From assembly GCA_024641325.1 (NCBI GenBank), contig JAHEDJ010000001.1, positions 151,594 to 215,593 of the forward strand: DNA of 64,000 nucleotides, in the 5' to 3' direction. The stretch is from a bacterium. GTDB taxonomy: Bacteria; Actinomycetota; Acidimicrobiia; Spongiisociales; JAHEDJ01. The notes below the pieces were generated by a model that saw only the letters and a list, made by a program, of their open reading frames with translations, did no database searches and had not been told where the DNA came from. The position numbers and the translations under genes are program-made. Below are positions 9,428 to 18,173 of this stretch, piece by piece (positions within the stretch are counted from its first letter, which is position 1; the number at the start of each line of letters is the position of its first letter).

Positions 9428-9908
9428 CTGCCGGTTCGGGGGCAACTCCGAGACGGCATCGTCCCAGAAGGGGCCATTTGGGAAACCGAGCGGTTTTGGA
9501 CGGGACAACCACTTCGGTGGACTCCTGAAAGGGAGAGGTGGTTCGTAAGGATCACCCGTCCCGGGAGGCCTTCGGGTCTATCGGGCGACCGGCTGAAGTG
9601 TTGGTTTCCTCTTCGGAGGAGACCGGGTTTCTTGGAAACGAGAGGCCACCCTCTCGGGAACGAGAGGCACCTTCTGGAAACAGGTGGTGTCGATCCGAAG
9701 CGAGAGGCCTCCTCGAAAGAGGAGATGTTCGACACCGGACCTTCGGGCCTGGTGGAGGGCACCCGGAGCTGAAAGGCTTTGGGTCTGGAGTAGTGGAAAC
9801 GCTGCTTCGGAGCTCGCCTCGGCGCTGGGTCCTTCGGGACTCGAACCGGAGCGGGGTTCGGGAGCCCCGAGAGGGTGATGACTTCGGTCAGAGCTTTCTC
9901 GGGGTTTT
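9428..9908 (+). ncRNA. candidate ~480-nt structured ncRNA (P2 to T2); an identical second copy is predicted at 10121-10601
   Basis: There are 7 cttcgg hexamers per 693-nt unit (expected ~0.25). Perfect tetraloop hairpins include CCAC-UUCG-GUGG, CCUC-UUCG-GAGG, GUCC-UUCG-GGAC and CCUCCUC-GAAA-GAGGAG. Long-range helices GGACGGG/CCCGUCC enclose a 3-hairpin junction. GGUGUCGA pairs with UCGACACC. Confidence 0.35.
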
Positions 9909-10690
9909 CCGCGTCAGGGGGCACGATTCGCGATTCGCTTTTCGGGTCCAGGCTGATCCTGCTATCTGCTGTAGGAGGGAGCCAACTGCCGGCGGCCAGT
10001 GGCCATTGGCCTTGGCCTTGGCCTTTGTTGTCCGCTACTTCGCGAAATCTTGGTTCGGGTCGCGAAATCTAGGGTCGCTTTGAGTTTGCGTTGGGTGGGG
10101 GTGGCAGATAAGTTCTCGTTCTGCCGGTTCGGGGGCAACTCCGAGACGGCATCGTCCCAGAAGGGGCCATTTGGGAAACCGAGCGGTTTTGGACGGGACA
10201 ACCACTTCGGTGGACTCCTGAAAGGGAGAGGTGGTTCGTAAGGATCACCCGTCCCGGGAGGCCTTCGGGTCTATCGGGCGACCGGCTGAAGTGTTGGTTT
10301 CCTCTTCGGAGGAGACCGGGTTTCTTGGAAACGAGAGGCCACCCTCTCGGGAACGAGAGGCACCTTCTGGAAACAGGTGGTGTCGATCCGAAGCGAGAGG
10401 CCTCCTCGAAAGAGGAGATGTTCGACACCGGACCTTCGGGCCTGGTGGAGGGCACCCGGAGCTGAAAGGCTTTGGGTCTGGAGTAGTGGAAACGCTGCTT
10501 CGGAGCTCGCCTCGGCGCTGGGTCCTTCGGGACTCGAACCGGAGCGGGGTTCGGGAGCCCCGAGAGGGTGATGACTTCGGTCAGAGCTTTCTCGGGGTTT
10601 TCCGCGTCAGGGGGCACGATTCGCGATTCGCTTTTCGGGTCCAGGCTGATCCTGCTACCTGCCGACTCGCGACTCGCGTACTATGGCCCT

Positions 10691-11293
10691 ATGCCTTATC
10701 CAGAACGCTTGTTGAGTCCCGGGGAAACGGTTCAAATCGAGTTTCGACCTCATTGGCAGCGAATCATCGCGCCTACGTTTGTCACGCTCATCGCCATCGC
10801 AGCCGAGGTGGCCGTCCTTGTTCTGCTCGAGGACACTGCCAGGTGGATATCCCTGGCTGCGCTGGCCCTTGTCTGGCTCATCATTGCGCTTCCGCGCTAC
10901 CTCGACTGGTGGTTCACCCGCTACATCATCACCAGCGAGCGCTTGATCGCCAGATCCGGCGTTCTCGCCCGTCACGGCAAGGAGATCCCGCTCGAAGTCA
11001 TCAATGACGTTGCCTTCTCGCAGTCGATGCTGGAGCGGTTGGTCCGGTCGGGCGATCTTCTGATCGAGTCCGCAGGAGAACACGGGCAGAGCCGTTTCAC
11101 TGATGTTCCGCGTCCCGAGGACATACAGGCATTGATCTATCAGCTCCGCGAGAAGCGAACGGTTGCGCTCGAAGGCGGCAATGGAGGAGGCGCAGCAGGA
11201 CAACTGGAGGCACTCGCTCGCCTTCACAAGGACGGCATCCTGACCGACGAGGAGTTCTCGGCCAAGAAGCAGAAACTTCTCGACGAGATCTGA
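10691..11293 (+). CDS. membrane protein with bacterial PH domain (bPH_2, YdbS/YdbT-like) and C-terminal SHOCT domain
   Basis: The ORF track starts at 10568 inside repeat copy 3. The in-frame ATG at 10691 gives MPYPERLLSPGETVQIEFRPHWQRI followed by two TM helices. The C-terminal LEALARLHKDGILTDEEFSAKKQKLL is SHOCT-like. Confidence 0.55.
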   Translation: MPYPERLLSPGETVQIEFRPHWQRIIAPTFVTLIAIAAEVAVLVLLEDTARWISLAALALVWLIIALPRYLDWWFTRYIITSERLIARSGVLARHGKEIPLEVINDVAFSQSMLERLVRSGDLLIESAGEHGQSRFTDVPRPEDIQALIYQLREKRTVALEGGNGGGAAGQLEALARLHKDGILTDEEFSAKKQKLLDEI

Positions 11294-11407
11294 TCCGCTA
11301 CTGCAGGAATTCGACCGAACTAGCCATTCATCGAAAGCTGCAGATAGCCTGTCGTAAATCGCCGCGAGCCGGTAACATGTGGGTCAGTCGGTCATCGGGA
11401 GGGCGAG

Positions 11408-11686
11408 ATGTTCGAAGCTGTTGAATTCGTCGAAATCCAAGAGGTTGTCGGCCGCCCTAACCCGACTCCAACCGAGAGCGTGATCGGCACATTCGCCGAT
11501 GAACAAGAAGCTGTTGCCGCCGGCCGTCTCGCTAAGGAGGAGTTCCACTCTGCCGGGCGATCTGAGTATGCCTGGTGGGTTGTTCGGAGTCCCGGAGCAC
11601 AGCTGGCAAACTGGATCGCGGATTCCTCCAACAACCAGGAGTTCGTTCTCGACTTGCGCACGGGGCAACTAATCGAAGTTGAGTGA
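11408..11686 (+). CDS. hypothetical small protein (92 aa)
   Basis: GGGAGGG RBS 6 nt before the ATG. Compact acidic protein with no recognised family. Confidence 0.4.
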   Translation: MFEAVEFVEIQEVVGRPNPTPTESVIGTFADEQEAVAAGRLAKEEFHSAGRSEYAWWVVRSPGAQLANWIADSSNNQEFVLDLRTGQLIEVE

Positions 11687-11753
11687 TTAGAAGCCCGACG
11701 CTCGCCGGCTTCCTTCAGCAGGTAAGGTCCCTCCGACCATCGAGAGGAGGAGC

Positions 11754-12122
11754 GTGACCGAAATCCACGGTATCGGTGCCTGGATCGCGATCGGTTTGAC
11801 CGGGGCGACGGGTATATGGGGCCTCGTTCTTGCCGCTATCAAGCGCCAACCGGGACGATTCTTCAGGTCGGCCTCGCTTGTCGCGATCGCCCTAATGCTC
11901 GCCCAGGGTGCTGTCGGATTGGTGCTCTTCTCCGGCGAGGGTGAACCAGGGTCGGGCCACCTCTTTTACGGAATGGTCATCGCCGCCACCGTGGCGTTTG
12001 CATACATCTATCGCGCTGAAATCGAGAAACGTGCTGCTCTGGCCTGGGGTCTGCTTCTGTTGTTCTTGATGGGTGCCGGCTTCCGCGCCGTCGCCAATAT
12101 CGGCACGGACTTTGGTGGATAG
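11754..12122 (+). CDS. hypothetical integral membrane protein (122 aa, ~4 TM)
   Basis: GAGGAGG RBS. Hydrophobic helices (IGAWIAIGLTGATGIWGLVLAAI...). Confidence 0.45.
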   Translation: MTEIHGIGAWIAIGLTGATGIWGLVLAAIKRQPGRFFRSASLVAIALMLAQGAVGLVLFSGEGEPGSGHLFYGMVIAATVAFAYIYRAEIEKRAALAWGLLLLFLMGAGFRAVANIGTDFGG

Positions 12123-12129
12123 GAGAGGC

Positions 12130-12912
12130 ATGCTGCTCGAGGGAAAGAAACTCGTCATTACCGGTGTCGTGACAGATACGTCCATCGCCTGGCATGTAGC
12201 TCGCATTGCTCAAGAAGAGGGTGCCGAGGTCGTGCTAACGGGCTTCGGGCGCGGGATGCGATTGACGGAACGAGCTTCAAAACGTCTTCCGTCGGCTGCC
12301 GATGTTCTCGAACTCGACATCAACGATCAATCGCATATGGATGCGCTCGTTGCGGATCTCGAATCACGGTGGGGCGTCGTCGATGGAGCGCTTCACGCGA
12401 TCGCGTTTGCGCCGCAGGATGCCCTTGGTGGCAACTTCCTCAACACGCCGGTGGAGAGTGCCGTCATAGCATTCCAGACATCAGCCTTCTCGTATAAGAC
12501 GCTGGCGGTCGGCTTGGCGCCGCTGATGCGGTCGGCCGGCGGGGGAGCCCTGGTCACGTTGGATTTCGACAACTCGCAGGCATGGCCTATCTACGACTGG
12601 ATGGGCGTGGCGAAGTCTGCGCTTCAGTCCGTTACCCGCTACCTGGCCCGGGACCTGGGCGTCGACAGGATCCGCGTCAATGCGGTTTCTGCCGGGCCGC
12701 TGTCAACAATCGCCGCCAAGTCGATCCCGGGATTCCAGTCTCTCGAGAAAGCCTGGCTTCAGCGATCGCCTATCGAGTGGGATTCATCGGATCCAACGCC
12801 GGTGGCTCAGATGGTGGCGCTGCTGCTCTCCGATTGGACGCCAATGACGACGGGTGAGGTAGTTCACGTCGATGGCGGCTTTCACTCGCTGGCGGCGGGA
12901 TTCCGGGAGTAA
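12130..12912 (+). CDS. fabI: enoyl-[acyl-carrier-protein] reductase (NADH), FabI/InhA family
   Basis: MLLEGKKLVITGV...SIAWHVARIAQEEGAEVVLTG and SAGPLSTIAAKSIPG match InhA/FabI. ATG at 12130 after ggagagg. The ORF track begins upstream at 12073. Confidence 0.8.
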   Translation: MLLEGKKLVITGVVTDTSIAWHVARIAQEEGAEVVLTGFGRGMRLTERASKRLPSAADVLELDINDQSHMDALVADLESRWGVVDGALHAIAFAPQDALGGNFLNTPVESAVIAFQTSAFSYKTLAVGLAPLMRSAGGGALVTLDFDNSQAWPIYDWMGVAKSALQSVTRYLARDLGVDRIRVNAVSAGPLSTIAAKSIPGFQSLEKAWLQRSPIEWDSSDPTPVAQMVALLLSDWTPMTTGEVVHVDGGFHSLAAGFRE

Positions 12913-14684
12913 TCCAGTTCCCCCGGGTCCAGCGCACGTGGCACCGAACGGGGTCGGACCGGCAAGTCGACAACGAAAGTCGCCCCACCGCCCGGCGTAT
13001 CTTCAAGACGGACGGATCCACCCATCGATTCGGCCAAACCCTTGACGATGGCCAGACCCAGCCCGGTCCCACTGCGTGATCTCGTTGCCGCCGGCTCCAA
13101 CTGCGTGAAAGGTTCGAACACCTTGCCGCGCATGTCGGGGTCTATTCCCGGACCGTGGTCGACGACGCTTATTTCAACCCTGTCGCCGATAGCAACGGCG
13201 GCGAGTTCTGTAGGGGCGCCATGTGCATACTTCAATGCGTTCTGGATCAGATTGATGAGTACGCGGCCGAGGTGATCCGGGTCGACCCTCATATTGATCG
13301 ACTCGGCGACCCGGACGGCGACGTGCTCGGCTGCCTCGGGGATTTCATCGAGGACGGTCCTGATGAAGGGTTCGAGATCTATTTCGGCTGGATGCTGAGG
13401 CAGCGCCTGGTTGTCGATACGGGAGGTCATCAGCAAGTTTTCGATCAACAGGCGGAGGCGACCGGCCTGATTCCGAGCTGAGTCGAGCAAGCTGAGTGCG
13501 CTGCTGTTCTGCGGAGCAAGTTCCGGTCGCGCAATTGTGTCGAGCGAGCCGATGATGCTTGTCAGGGGAGTTCGCAACTCATGCGACACGACCGATACGA
13601 AATCAGATTTGAGCTGGGCGAGTTCTTCCATCCGGCGACCGGTTTCGGCCGCCTCCTCATACCGGCCGAGATGGGCGAGAACCAGTGCGGCAGGGGCCGA
13701 CAGAGAGGCGAGAACGTCGAGGTCTTCATCGGTGAACGGCGTTCCGTCCGTCCGGTCCGCCACCATCATGACCCCCATCGTTCGGTGTTCGACCTTCAGC
13801 GGGACGGCAAGTGCATGCTCGACGCCGAGTTCGGTCAGCAGGTGGTTGGCGGTGTTGGCGTCGCTTTGACCGAACCGGCGCGCCTGTCCTGAAACGAACG
13901 TTTGCTCGATGTCGCCTCTTCGCCGCAGCGGAAGTAGATAGCCGGTCACATCCAAGGTATGTCCTGCTGCCCAGATGGGGCTCACAACTTCAAGAGCAGC
14001 CCGATCGCGATCGTGAAGCAGCACGACCCCGACTTCGGCCTTCAGGTAGGTGGCTATCTTGCCGACGAGCTCGGGAAGAACCCGCGTCAACGAGTCGCCG
14101 ACGGCCAGTGTGCGAGATACCTCGTAGAGGCGCTCGAGGTCTCGCTCCCTGGCCTCGAGTTCGCGTTGTCTTCCGATTCCGACGCGAATCTCCCGACGCA
14201 ACTCGTTTGTGATGGCGGCGGTGGCGAGGGCGACGACGACCAGGGTGATTGTCGGGACCACGATGTCTTCCGCGGTCGGCATGCTGCCGAACGCGGCCTG
14301 GGCGATGAAGTTCGTTGCGATCAGCACCAACGCGGTCACGAGCGGCACGAGCCAGTGGGAGAGTGCTGCCATCAACGCCACCACGCCGAAATAGCCGATG
14401 AGAACGAACGAAGCGAAGGCGGGGACCGTCGCCATGATGCTCATCGCCGACCCGATGGTTATCACGCCCAGCAGCAGCAACAAATCACCCGAGCCGCGCC
14501 GGAGCGTGAGATCCCAGTTGGGAAGGGTCAGCGCTCCGAGAACGGCCGCGATAGCCGCCAGCGGCGCCCACACGCGGATGTTCTCGACTTCCCCTATCCG
14601 CCAGGTGGCGAACAGAAACGCGGCGAGCATGAGCCATCCGGCGCGAAGAGCGAGGTTGACGACTCGGGCTCTGGATGCAGCCAT
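12882..14684 (-). CDS. membrane sensor histidine kinase with GAF domain (KdpD C-terminal-half-like); orphan, no adjacent response regulator
   Basis: HisKA VSHELRTPLTSI and HATPase GLGLAIVKGLAESMGGSVRL. About 5 TM helices and a GAF-like region lie upstream. The likely start is the ATG at 14684 (MAASRARV...). The ORF track's extension to 15146 is low-complexity. Confidence 0.65.
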   Translation of the reverse strand: MAASRARVVNLALRAGWLMLAAFLFATWRIGEVENIRVWAPLAAIAAVLGALTLPNWDLTLRRGSGDLLLLLGVITIGSAMSIMATVPAFASFVLIGYFGVVALMAALSHWLVPLVTALVLIATNFIAQAAFGSMPTAEDIVVPTITLVVVALATAAITNELRREIRVGIGRQRELEARERDLERLYEVSRTLAVGDSLTRVLPELVGKIATYLKAEVGVVLLHDRDRAALEVVSPIWAAGHTLDVTGYLLPLRRRGDIEQTFVSGQARRFGQSDANTANHLLTELGVEHALAVPLKVEHRTMGVMMVADRTDGTPFTDEDLDVLASLSAPAALVLAHLGRYEEAAETGRRMEELAQLKSDFVSVVSHELRTPLTSIIGSLDTIARPELAPQNSSALSLLDSARNQAGRLRLLIENLLMTSRIDNQALPQHPAEIDLEPFIRTVLDEIPEAAEHVAVRVAESINMRVDPDHLGRVLINLIQNALKYAHGAPTELAAVAIGDRVEISVVDHGPGIDPDMRGKVFEPFTQLEPAATRSRSGTGLGLAIVKGLAESMGGSVRLEDTPGGGATFVVDLPVRPRSVPRALDPGELDYSRNPAASE

Positions 14685-14782
14685 CGCAGCTCTCGTCGAG
14701 CGCTGTTCGTTGATTGAAGGGATGGTCACGATGGTCAGGGTAATCTCCGCGCCATGACCGATCTCGGATCGTCGATCTTCCG

Positions 14783-15511
14783 ATGACGCTCCGTGCCTAT
14801 GGATCGCTCTTCGGGGTGCGGTACGGAGACGGCCCGCTGCAGGTTCTCGCACTGCATGGGTGGGGACGAACGCGGGCCGATTTCGATGGACTGTTGCCGG
14901 GTTATGAAGCGGTTGCGCTCGATCTTCCCGGCTTTGGTGCTTCACCGGCTCCTCAGCAGCCGGTCGGGGCGGCCGGATACGCGCGGCTGATCGAGGACGT
15001 GCTCGGTGAGTTTGATGCACCGCCGGTCGTTGTCGGACATTCGTTCGGTGGTCGGGTCGCGGTGGCTTTGGCGGCCGCCCGCCCGGATTCTGTTTCCGGC
15101 CTCGTCCTGGTCGGTGTGCCCTTGGTTCGCCGGGAACGTCCCGCAACGGGAATCCCGTGGCGATACCGTCTGATCCGCGGCGCGGCCAAGGCGGGCCTCG
15201 TTTCGGATGAGCGGCTCGAGCGGGCCCGCCGCCGGTTCGGTTCTGCCGACTATCGAGCAGCGACGGGTGTCATGCGCGACGTACTGGTGAAGGTCGTCAA
15301 CGAGAGCTATGAGAGTGAGCTGGCCCGCCTTGTTTGTCCCGTGCGACTCGTCTGGGGAGAGAACGATGCCGCAGTGCCGCTGGCGGTGGCCAGAGGAGCA
15401 GTCGACGTCCTTGCCGATGTAACCCTCGACGTGGTGGCTGGTGCCGGCCATGACGTCCACCTCTCTCACCCCGATCGGATGAAGGCGGCCATAGACGGGC
15501 TCTTGAAGTGA
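14783..15511 (+). CDS. alpha/beta hydrolase fold protein
   Basis: LALHGWGRT and the nucleophile elbow GHSFGG are present. Confidence 0.65.
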   Translation: MTLRAYGSLFGVRYGDGPLQVLALHGWGRTRADFDGLLPGYEAVALDLPGFGASPAPQQPVGAAGYARLIEDVLGEFDAPPVVVGHSFGGRVAVALAAARPDSVSGLVLVGVPLVRRERPATGIPWRYRLIRGAAKAGLVSDERLERARRRFGSADYRAATGVMRDVLVKVVNESYESELARLVCPVRLVWGENDAAVPLAVARGAVDVLADVTLDVVAGAGHDVHLSHPDRMKAAIDGLLK

Positions 15512-17025
15512 CGTGGGCACTGCTCCCGCTCGGCCTCGCCGCCGCGATCCCGGCCTCGCTCAGGTTCTTGCGCGTTGCCCAGCGCGAGCACTACATCGCC
15601 GGATCGAGCATGCGCTTTGCGATCCGCTGGTGGGCAGACACAGGTCTTGGAAACCTCGCTCTCGTCCTTCTCGGCGTCGCCGGGTTGGCCGGGTCGCCCT
15701 GGTGGGACTGGTTGGCGATACTGCCGGTCGCAGCAGGCGCACTGGGACCGCTCGGATTGGGTTTGCGCGGCACTACTTCTCCGCTTCGCTGGACGAGCCG
15801 CCTCCGCCGCCTCGCCTTTGTCGCCTGCCTGTTGGTTCTGGTCGTGGCCGTCGCCGGCGTGGCCTCGGGCAATGCTGCGGTCGCCGGCGCTGTGTCGGCC
15901 TTCCTGATGCCGTTGTTGGTTGATCTGGCTCTAGCCGTGGCAACTCCTCTCGAAGCCAGTCTCGGGAAGCGTTGGATCGAGCAGGCAAAGAGCAAGCTTG
16001 CGTCGATAGGTCCGCGAGTCCTGGCGATAACCGGTTCATACGGCAAAACCACGACCAAGGAGTACGCCAGGCTGCTGCTCACCGGTGACTTTCAAACCGT
16101 TGTGAGCCCGGCGAGCTTCAACAATGCCATGGGTTTGGCCCGCACCATCAACGAGCACCTCACACCCGGGACGCAGGTGTTCGTGGCGGAGATGGGGACC
16201 TACGGTCCGGGAGAGATCGCCGCGCTGTGTTCATGGATACCTCCGGAGGTTGCCGTCATCACCGCGATTGGACCCGTCCACCTCGAGCGGTTTGGATCAT
16301 TGGAGCGAACACTGCAGGCGAAATCTGAAATCGTCGCAGAAGCGCGAGTTGCCGTGCTCAACACCGACGACGAGCGATTGGCCGAGCTTGCCGATCGGCT
16401 GGCTGGTGAGCTTCAGGTGATCAGATGTTCGGCGACAGATTTGAGCGCCGATGTCTGTGTGCGTGAAGAGGCCGGCAGGCAGGAGGTCTGGATCGGTGGT
16501 TCTATCGTGACCGCTTTGGATCCACCGCTTGCATTTGCGACCAATGTGGCCTGCGCGATAGGGGCGGCCCTGGCCTTCGGATTCGATCAGAACTCCATCG
16601 GTTCCTCTCTGGCTCGAGCCGGCAGGCCGGCGCATCGCCAGACCCTGTCACAGAGCGAAATCGGGTTCACGATCATTGACGACACCTATAACTCGAACCC
16701 GGCCGGTGCCGCGGCAGGATTGAAGCTGCTGGGCGAGTTGGGGTCTGATTCCCGTCGGGTTCTGGTGACTCCCGGCATGGTGGAACTTGGGGCAGACCAG
16801 GTGAAGGCGAATGCGGTGATGGCGGCACGAGCAGCGGAAGTCGCCACGGATGTCCTCATCGTGGGTCGGACCAACCGGAGGGCGTTGTTGAGCGGTGCCG
16901 CCGGAGGTGCCGCGTCCGTTATCGTGGTCGATTCCCGATCGCAAGCAGTCGAGTGGGTGCGAACACACCTCGGTCGGGGGGATGTCGTTCTCTACGAGAA
17001 TGACTTGCCCGACCATTACCCGTAA
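15508..17025 (+). CDS. Mur ligase family protein (MurF-like central and C-terminal domains) with a ~160-aa N-terminal transmembrane region
   Basis: P-loop ITGSYGKTTTKEY and Mur ligase middle and C-terminal domains. The N-terminus has 4-5 TM helices instead of the MurF substrate-binding domain. GTG start overlaps the upstream stop. Confidence 0.6.
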   Translation: MTWALLPLGLAAAIPASLRFLRVAQREHYIAGSSMRFAIRWWADTGLGNLALVLLGVAGLAGSPWWDWLAILPVAAGALGPLGLGLRGTTSPLRWTSRLRRLAFVACLLVLVVAVAGVASGNAAVAGAVSAFLMPLLVDLALAVATPLEASLGKRWIEQAKSKLASIGPRVLAITGSYGKTTTKEYARLLLTGDFQTVVSPASFNNAMGLARTINEHLTPGTQVFVAEMGTYGPGEIAALCSWIPPEVAVITAIGPVHLERFGSLERTLQAKSEIVAEARVAVLNTDDERLAELADRLAGELQVIRCSATDLSADVCVREEAGRQEVWIGGSIVTALDPPLAFATNVACAIGAALAFGFDQNSIGSSLARAGRPAHRQTLSQSEIGFTIIDDTYNSNPAGAAAGLKLLGELGSDSRRVLVTPGMVELGADQVKANAVMAARAAEVATDVLIVGRTNRRALLSGAAGGAASVIVVDSRSQAVEWVRTHLGRGDVVLYENDLPDHYP

Positions 17026-17038
17026 TGAGGAGCAAGCC

Positions 17039-18127
17039 ATGAGCAGACCCGCCGTCTTGTTTGGCGGACCTTCGCCCGAACACGACATCAGCATTCTGAC
17101 CGGCCTCCAGGCAGCACGAACGTTGACAGAGGCGGGATTGGCGGTAGACGCTATCTACTGGGCCAAGTCCGCGGATTGGTACCTAGTCGATGCGGGTATG
17201 GAAGCCGCAGACTTTGCGGACGGAGCCCCGGCCAAGGCAAGGCAGCTTCGGTTCGAGGCTGCTCCGGGAGGGGGATTCTTCCTCAAGAAAAAGGCACTGG
17301 CGCTTTCGGCGATCGTCAACTGTTGTCACGGGGGCCCGGGTGAAGATGGAACTCTTCAGGCTGCGCTGGATCTTGCCGGGATCCGGTACACCGGTCCCGA
17401 CGCCGCCGGTTCGGTTTTGGGTATGGACAAGTTCGCATTTGGAGCGGTCGTGGCGGCTGCAGGGCTGCCAACGCTGCCCAGGGTGCTTGTCGGCCCGGGT
17501 CAAACCCCGGCTTTCGATGGTCCATACATTGCTAAGCCGCGCTTCGGTGGGTCGTCCATCGGAATAGAGGTGGTAGAAGACTGGGCAACGGCGCTGGCGC
17601 TGGCGACATCATCTTCACACATGCGACGGGGGGCGGTCGTCGAGCCGTTCTTGCCGGACAGCAGAGACCTCAACATTTCAGTTCGGACTTTCCCACAGTT
17701 CGAGCTCTCGCCGATCGAGGCCCCCATTCGAGCGGATGACTCGGCACGCATCTACGACTACCGCCAGAAATACCTCGCCGGCGGCGGGCTCGACGGCTCT
17801 GCTCGTGAGATCCCCGCCGACATTCCGGCCGAGTGGGCTGAATCGATTCGTTCCATGTCGGCCATCGTCGCCGGCCTGGTCCGCATACGATCTGTGGCTC
17901 GTATCGATTTCCTTCAAGACGGCGACAAGCTCTACGTGAACGAGATCAACACCATTCCCGGCAGTCTGTCTGCATACCTGTGGGCGGAAGCAGGAGTGAG
18001 CCGTGCCCAACTCCTGCGCGACATGGTGACGGAAGCAGAACAAGCTCCGGCCGTCGCCTTCACGACCGCCGGAGCAGACGGGGTCGCATTACGAAGTGCG
18101 TCTTCGATTGCATCCAAACTTGGTTGA
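17039..18127 (+). CDS. ddl: D-alanine--D-alanine ligase family ATP-grasp protein
   Basis: MSRPAVLFGGPSPEHDISILTG is the Ddl N-terminal signature, and an ATP-grasp body follows. ATG at 17039 after GAGGAG. The ORF track starts at 16895. Confidence 0.75.
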   Translation: MSRPAVLFGGPSPEHDISILTGLQAARTLTEAGLAVDAIYWAKSADWYLVDAGMEAADFADGAPAKARQLRFEAAPGGGFFLKKKALALSAIVNCCHGGPGEDGTLQAALDLAGIRYTGPDAAGSVLGMDKFAFGAVVAAAGLPTLPRVLVGPGQTPAFDGPYIAKPRFGGSSIGIEVVEDWATALALATSSSHMRRGAVVEPFLPDSRDLNISVRTFPQFELSPIEAPIRADDSARIYDYRQKYLAGGGLDGSAREIPADIPAEWAESIRSMSAIVAGLVRIRSVARIDFLQDGDKLYVNEINTIPGSLSAYLWAEAGVSRAQLLRDMVTEAEQAPAVAFTTAGADGVALRSASSIASKLG

Positions 18128-18173
18128 GCGCGGGTGGTATTCTCCGAAGCAACCCAGACAGAAGGAGGGGTCC

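Larger units (their letters stand above)
9170..10657 (+). repeat. perfect tandem repeat, 693-bp unit x 2.15 copies (9170-9862, 9863-10555, partial 10556-10657)
   Basis: Sequence at 9171 and 9864 is identical (gccccgagagggtgatgacttcgg...). ORF-track proteins are duplicated with a 693-nt offset (9269/9962, 9376/10069, 9306/9999). Divergence after copy 3 begins at 10658. No reading frame stays open through the unit. Confidence 0.9.

Noticed and set aside
9800-9870. GGTTCGAGTCC (minus strand) resembling a tRNA T-loop
   Set aside because: The flanking bases do not form a T-stem, and there is no acceptor or anticodon arm. It is the complement of the GGACUCGAACC stretch of the structured RNA.
9037-9908. 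Known housekeeping RNAs (tmRNA, RNase P RNA, 6S, SRP RNA, group II intron domain V)
   Set aside because: I could not find the tmRNA tag ORF or CCA-end tRNA-like domain, the RNase P P4 or GGUAACGCC-type conserved blocks, or domain V consensus. This relies on memory only, so an Rfam scan is still needed.
9170-10657. CRISPR array
   Set aside because: The units are 693 bp and identical, with no short repeat-spacer periodicity and no cas operon. The neighbouring Cas4-like nuclease is a common stand-alone RecB-family protein.
9026-11007. ORF-track proteins inside the repeat (9026-9379, 9269-9508, 9306-9548, 9376-9924, 9538-10083, 9684-9878, 9875-10072 and their +693 duplicates)
   Set aside because: They are low-complexity Pro/Arg/Gly-rich translations present on both strands. 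No frame stays open through a unit. They are by-products of a GC-rich non-coding repeat.
12882-15146. Long N-terminal extensions in the ORF track (HK to 15146, FAH to 22779, nuclease to 9231, rsmD from 34941, cofG from 58093, ddl from 16895, smc from 40061)
   Set aside because: The extensions are Arg/Pro-rich or overlap neighbouring genes. Internal starts with an RBS and family-typical N-termini were chosen instead.
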